DNA from: Atractiella rhizophila
Lineage: Eukaryota
Assembly (NCBI GenBank): GCA_021432655.1
Contig: MU271607.1
Span: 1-40,002 of the forward strand
DNA length: 40,002 nt
Direction: 5' to 3'
Shown one piece after another: positions 35,387-40,002 of the stretch. Position numbers and translations under genes: made by a program. The first letter of the stretch is position 1, and every line of letters begins with the position of its first letter. The notes beneath the pieces are model-generated. The model ran no database searches and was not told the DNA's origin. It saw only the letters and a program-made list of their open reading frames with translations.

Positions 35387-35494
35387 GAGGTCATGGGATC
35401 TTCCACACGCACAGAGGTCATAGGATCTTCCACATGCACAGAGGTCATAGGATCTTCCACATGCACAGAGGTCATAGGATCTTCCACACGCACA
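35387..35494. repeat. Minisatellite, 4 x 27 bp
   Basis: GAGGTCAT(A/G)GGATCTTCCACA(C/T)GCACA repeated head-to-tail four times with no spacers. Confidence 0.95.
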
Positions 35495-35749
35495 GGACAA
35501 ACATCATCGCTTCTAGCATGGCTTTTGGCTTAGAGGTGTTCAGCCATAATCTAGCAGATAGGAGCTTCACACCATTGCCCAATCAGACAGGCACAAATAC
35601 CAATTATCTGAATCAATGCTTCCTCTTTGTGCTGTCGACCCAGGTACGGTAGAATGGAGAGTGTCGCTTGGTGGATGGGGTTCTTAGATAAGAATGTTGT
35701 AGAGAAGTGAGTGGGAGTTTATACAAACAGGTGATTTCAGCATGTTCTC

Positions 35750-36522
35750 TTGCAACACCCACAACAGGGATGGAGGTGGAGAAGGGTTCAAATGGATTGT
35801 GGTTTAGACGATGGCAGAGTTGGTGGCAAAATCTGGCCACAACAAAATATCCTTAATTTTATCCCCAACCACCACGGGCCAGCCAAGAAATGGTTCTACA
35901 ATGTAGGTCAAAGAAAAAGGTTGGCCTGCAAACTTCATGCTGATAGAATTCACAGGACTTATCGGATGGTCACAGAGACCCACAACTATGATGGTGAAAG
36001 ATGACCATCCACCCTCGCTAGATCCACCCTCGCTAGATCCAGACTCCCCTCCATCCCTCATGCAGAAAAGTTCAAGACGTCAAATTTGATCCGCTAGTGG
36101 AACGTCCTTATGGTCTTCACTGGGTGCTTGATGGTGAAATTTTCAAAACTCTTTCAACAAACGAATTCGGCATTCCTAATGCTCAAGTCCACATCCTGAT
36201 CTCAAAACTCGCTGACAGATGGGTGGAAAACAACATGTAAGATCATTACACATAAAATGTCACATGGAATGCTAACTCGAGTCAAAGGCACAAGCAGCAA
36301 ATGTTCAACCATTCCTACGTTCGCCCCAACGGTAGTCGAGAGATGGTTTTGAGGATTGCGGACAGCAAAACTCAAGAATCCCTTGACAGAGGGCCAAATG
36401 AAGACTATATCAAGGATGTGCAGAAGCTCTATGGTATTGGGGAGGAGCGTCAGGTGGTATCGTCTGGATATATTGCCCGACATATGATTAATCCACGAAA
36501 TTGCGTGGAACATTCTGATTGA
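35750..36522 (+). pseudogene. Possible degenerate coding remnant of unknown family
   Basis: Successive protein-like segments (WPQQNILNFIPNHHGPAKKWFYNVG; KVQDVKFDPLVERPYGLHWVLDGEIFKTLSTNEFGIPNAQVHILISKLADRW; FNHSYVRPNGSREMVLRIAD) broken by stops and frame changes. A 15-bp tandem duplication ATCCACCCTCGCTAG lies at about 36007-36036. Confidence 0.3.
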
Positions 36523-37121
36523 TTGGTAAACCTGAGCCGAGATATACTCAGTTATCAACAACATTATTGTAACATCTGAACTTTGAACTTCGTTTGAATC
36601 AAGGTTTTCCTCCCTGTTTTCCTTATATATTTATTCTTGGTCGCCAAAGCAATTCCTTCACATATTCCTACCACTTAACTGATAACTAGCTTCGTCCACG
36701 CGTTCTGCTTAGGGACTCTGGCTTTTCTTTTGTACTCAAGAGTTGTGCCGCCTCTTACCAAAATGATTCTCTCAGGTGCTTTTCTTTGGCACTTTCTTTG
36801 TACCAAGGAAATAGTTCCCCTTCAGCCCTTCTTCTTGTTTGTGTCTATATTACAATCAATGACCACACTTATCGTTTGGGAAGTTGCCGAGAATCATTCT
36901 ATATCAGCACTCATATTTCCAACGTCCTTTACTCATGCCGTCTTCTGGATGACGGTGGAGATGTCAGCAAAACGATTTGACTTACTGCACCAGTTCCACT
37001 GACTCCTTTTCCTTCTGCGTCGAAGTGGGAACAAGCCAAAATGTAAGTTCTGCTGCTTCTCTAATTAAACATCCATTTGCAGAGGGAAGACCTTTGCAAA
37101 TATGCAACAAAAAGGCTGCTT

Positions 37122-39097
37122 TCACTCTTCAGCTAAAGCAGTTCGAAGCCACAGATCCAACCTATGTCCTTTCTCTGTCGCCGCCCATCGCTTCTCCACC
37201 CAACCGCCTTTCAGCTCCAACGTCCAAACGGCCACGCTCAAACCTTGCTCGCCGCTCGTGACCTTCACTCGCGCTCCATCTCTTCTCGCCTCTCCAAGTT
37301 TATCCACCTTCCACTCCTTCCCGCTCCCTCCATCTCCATCTCCGCCGCCACCACCTCCACCTTCGGAATGAATCAATCCGTCTGCGACGGCGCGAGCGAT
37401 TTGAGAGTGGATCTCGTCGTATCGCACTGTTGAAGAAGGCGAGAGACGGACTAGGATCGTCCGGCCATACACTGTGAGTAGGATATGACCTCCTATTGCG
37501 CCGATGCCTTTTGCTGCTGCTCCACTTTGTTCTTCCTTTCCTATCACGCTAGCTGCACCGACTAGAGAAGAAGAGGAAAAATCGAAAGGTGTGATCGAGT
37601 AGGAGGTGCTTCCTTCCGGAAGATGGGGTAGGAGGTGGTGTTTATGGAAGTTCGAGAGGCGGGTGTGAGTGGAGCGGAGGAGGGAGATGTAGGAGAGGAG
37701 GGATAAGAGGGGCGAGAGGAGAGATTCCGCCTTTTCTTTCCCGCCCAGTTTGCTTAGAGGGTTGAGTGGTCAAGGAGGGCAGTGGTTTGGTGCTGGAAAG
37801 AAGAGCTGTTGGCCGAGTTTATTGCAAAGGAGAGAAAGGTGTGGATCAGATGCGCGGCGATGAGGGTAGCATAAGCTGAGAGGGTAGGGTCTAGTTCGAC
37901 TTCCTCCTCTTGGGGTTTGGAAGAGTAAGAGATGTCGAGCACAGCTCCACTGGGTAGAGCGAGGGAGAACGACTCTTCCCCGCGCCGCTCAACGCGTTCC
38001 ATCGACCTCGCGTCCTTCTGGACCTTTTCGCCCACCCACCCAAATCTTAATACCTACTGATCTTGAAGATGAAAGAAGAGAAGACTGACTGCCTCCCACA
38101 TCGCTTTTTCGCAAGCTCTCCATCTTTCTTGCTCCCACTTCGCTTCTCCCTCTTCATCCTGCGAACTAGATGGCCGTTCCCAAACCCCTCTCTTTCCCTC
38201 CACACCCTTCAAACCGATCCTCAACTTCTTCTTCTCCTCCCCCTCTCCTCCTCCTGCACTACTGCTAGATCCGACATCAACAACAACCCGCACGCCTCCA
38301 GCAGGATTGACTCCAAAACCGGCGCCGATTCCCCTCTCCTTCCTTCCCAAATCATCCCTCCGAATAGTCCAACCCTCATTCCTGGCACCAATCCACTCCC
38401 TCCACTCCTTCTCCGCCCCATCCAACGCCGTCTTAATCTGCTTCTCCGCCGCAAAGAAAACTTGAGCGGCCTCAGCAATGTCCCTCCTCTTCCTCCCGAG
38501 CGCGACGGCGGACAACTCGAGCGATTCGTACTCTGTGCTCGGCGGATGGAGCACGCGAGTTGGGTGGAGGGAACCGGAGGGTAGAGGGAGAGAGGAGGGG
38601 TCTAAGTAGGTCGATGGGTCCGTGGGGTCGTCCAATGGGTGGAAGAGGAGGTTGAGGGTGGTGAGTGCGGCTGAAAGCGCGTTTTGGGCTTTTCTGCTCT
38701 CCATCGATCGTTGTGAGCTTCAATCTCCACCCTCCCCATGCCAAAGAAAGAAAGGGAGAGAAGGGAGAGGGACGGACGCGAGTTCAATCCAAGCTTTTTC
38801 TTGCACTCCTTCCAGTTCCGCCCTTCCGATCTCCCTCGTCCTCTTCCGTTTGCCTTCTCCTTCCTTCCCTTCCTCCTCTTCTCCTCCCTCCGTCATAGCT
38901 TGAACCTTCTCAATCGTGAGCGACCCAAAGTCTCCTCCATTGAGATCCCAGAGTTGAGGTAGAAGTGTGGAGAGGGCTTTGGAGGGGTCGGAGGAGGGAG
39001 ATGAGGAGCGGTAGATGGGCTGGGAGGTCTGGGGAGAGATGTCCCAATATTTGAGACCGCCATTTTCAGGTTCAGGTTGGAGGGAGAGGAGGGACAT
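37122..39097 (-). CDS. MED17: Mediator subunit Med17 (Srb4)-like, with an apparent frameshift near 37760
   Basis: MSLLSLQPEP..YWDISPQTSQPIY..ALSTLLPQLWDLNGGDFGSLT..acidic linker..AQNALSAALTTLNLL..KRRDIAEAAQVFFAAEKQIKTALDGAEKEWREWIGARNEGWTI. This resembles my recollection of the fungal Med17 N-terminal architecture; not verified by search. Confidence 0.6.
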
Positions 39098-39223
39098 GGT
39101 CGTTTTTTGCTGCAAAAGTTGGTTACAACGCTCATAATAAACAGCTTCGATCATCCCATCAGGGTCATAAGGAGGGAGAGAAATGGATGACGCACCTAAT
39201 ATACATGGATACAAACATCACAG

Positions 39224-39532
39224 TCACTTTGAACTCGACCCCAACCCTTCCTGAACGACAGGCACCTTCTCCTCTCTGCCAGCACCATGCACATCCCTCC
39301 ACCCTTCCCAGAGCCTCCAAACGCCCTCCGCCGAGTCTACCACCTTACAAGCTACCTCGATCTCTCTACTGAGCGCATTCATTTTCACAGAAATCGAATT
39401 GAAGTTCTGTCCCATCCACCACCATGCTCCCGTTAGCTGGACTCTGTTTCACAAGGAGAATTTATGCACCTGCGAAATCGAGGAGAGTAGGCGGGCACGC
39501 TCTGCTTCGAACTCAAGGGAAGGGACATCCAT
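39224..39532 (-). CDS. DAD1: DASH/Dam1 complex subunit Dad1-like, 2 exons
   Basis: MDVPSLEFEAERARLLSSISQ|NFNSISVKMNALSREIEVACKVVDSAEGVWRLWEGW matches the Dad1 pattern FE.ER..L...I...F......N.L.R.LE...V..LW. Confidence 0.65.
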
Positions 39533-40002
39533 TCTTAAACCTCAAGAACTCGCTTGGCCGGTGTGGGAGTATCAACAAATTGTCGAAGATTGGATCATAA
39601 AGCGCGTTTTTGGGAATGCGAACACGTGACATGCAGTACGGCATGTCGATTCCTAATGATTGCTTGTCGCGCTGCTGCTACGCATTATTTCCTCTCGCGT
39701 TTCTTTCGCGTGTTATGATAGCGCACGATAGTGAGCCAAGCCGTGATAATGTCATGTTGAGATGTAATTAGCACGTGATCGTGATGATTGGAAATTGATT
39801 GGTATTTTAGTTGAGGGACTGTCGCATTGCAGCTCAAATTGCTATCGTCCAGAGCAGTGTCTAAGACACTGCCAGAAGAAAGATACAAATTTATTGGATG
39901 TAGGTATTTTACTTCTCTGGGTAACCATTGTCTCATTGCATCGAACAACAGAGCAGACCGTTTTTGTTGACAGGTGCATAAAATGTGGTTCAAGAAGAAA
40001 AA

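Noticed and set aside
35387..35494. Possible CRISPR-like array
   Set aside because: The repeats are contiguous with no unique spacers, there are no cas genes, and the context is eukaryotic.

Overview
Eukaryotic DNA from a compact, very intron-rich fungus (inferred basidiomycete). Typical introns are about 50-70 nt and many donors are degenerate GTNNG. The window holds about 17 housekeeping genes: PP2A catalytic subunit (3' part), p23/Sba1-like, NAT3, TAD2, NDUFS7, RPB3, UPF2, ADAL-like, Hva1-TUDOR protein, COX20-like, mitochondrial bL35, Cdc25/Acr2-like rhodanese, cyclin H, ARB1/ABCF2, MED17-like and DAD1-like. It also has a few hypothetical or degenerate ORFs and a Ty1/copia LTR element (30622-35276) with identical-looking 274-bp LTRs and a GAGCA target-site duplication but no recognisable gag, protease or N-terminal integrase. 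The standout observation is not visible in the ORF track: a minus-strand gene at 2955-4061 whose 15 exons include ten consecutive 3-nt micro-exons. These splice in frame into an 88-aa secreted prepro-peptide, with one intron in each codon of a C-x4-C segment. All exon structures were reconstructed by eye from splice signals and recalled family motifs; no database search was run.
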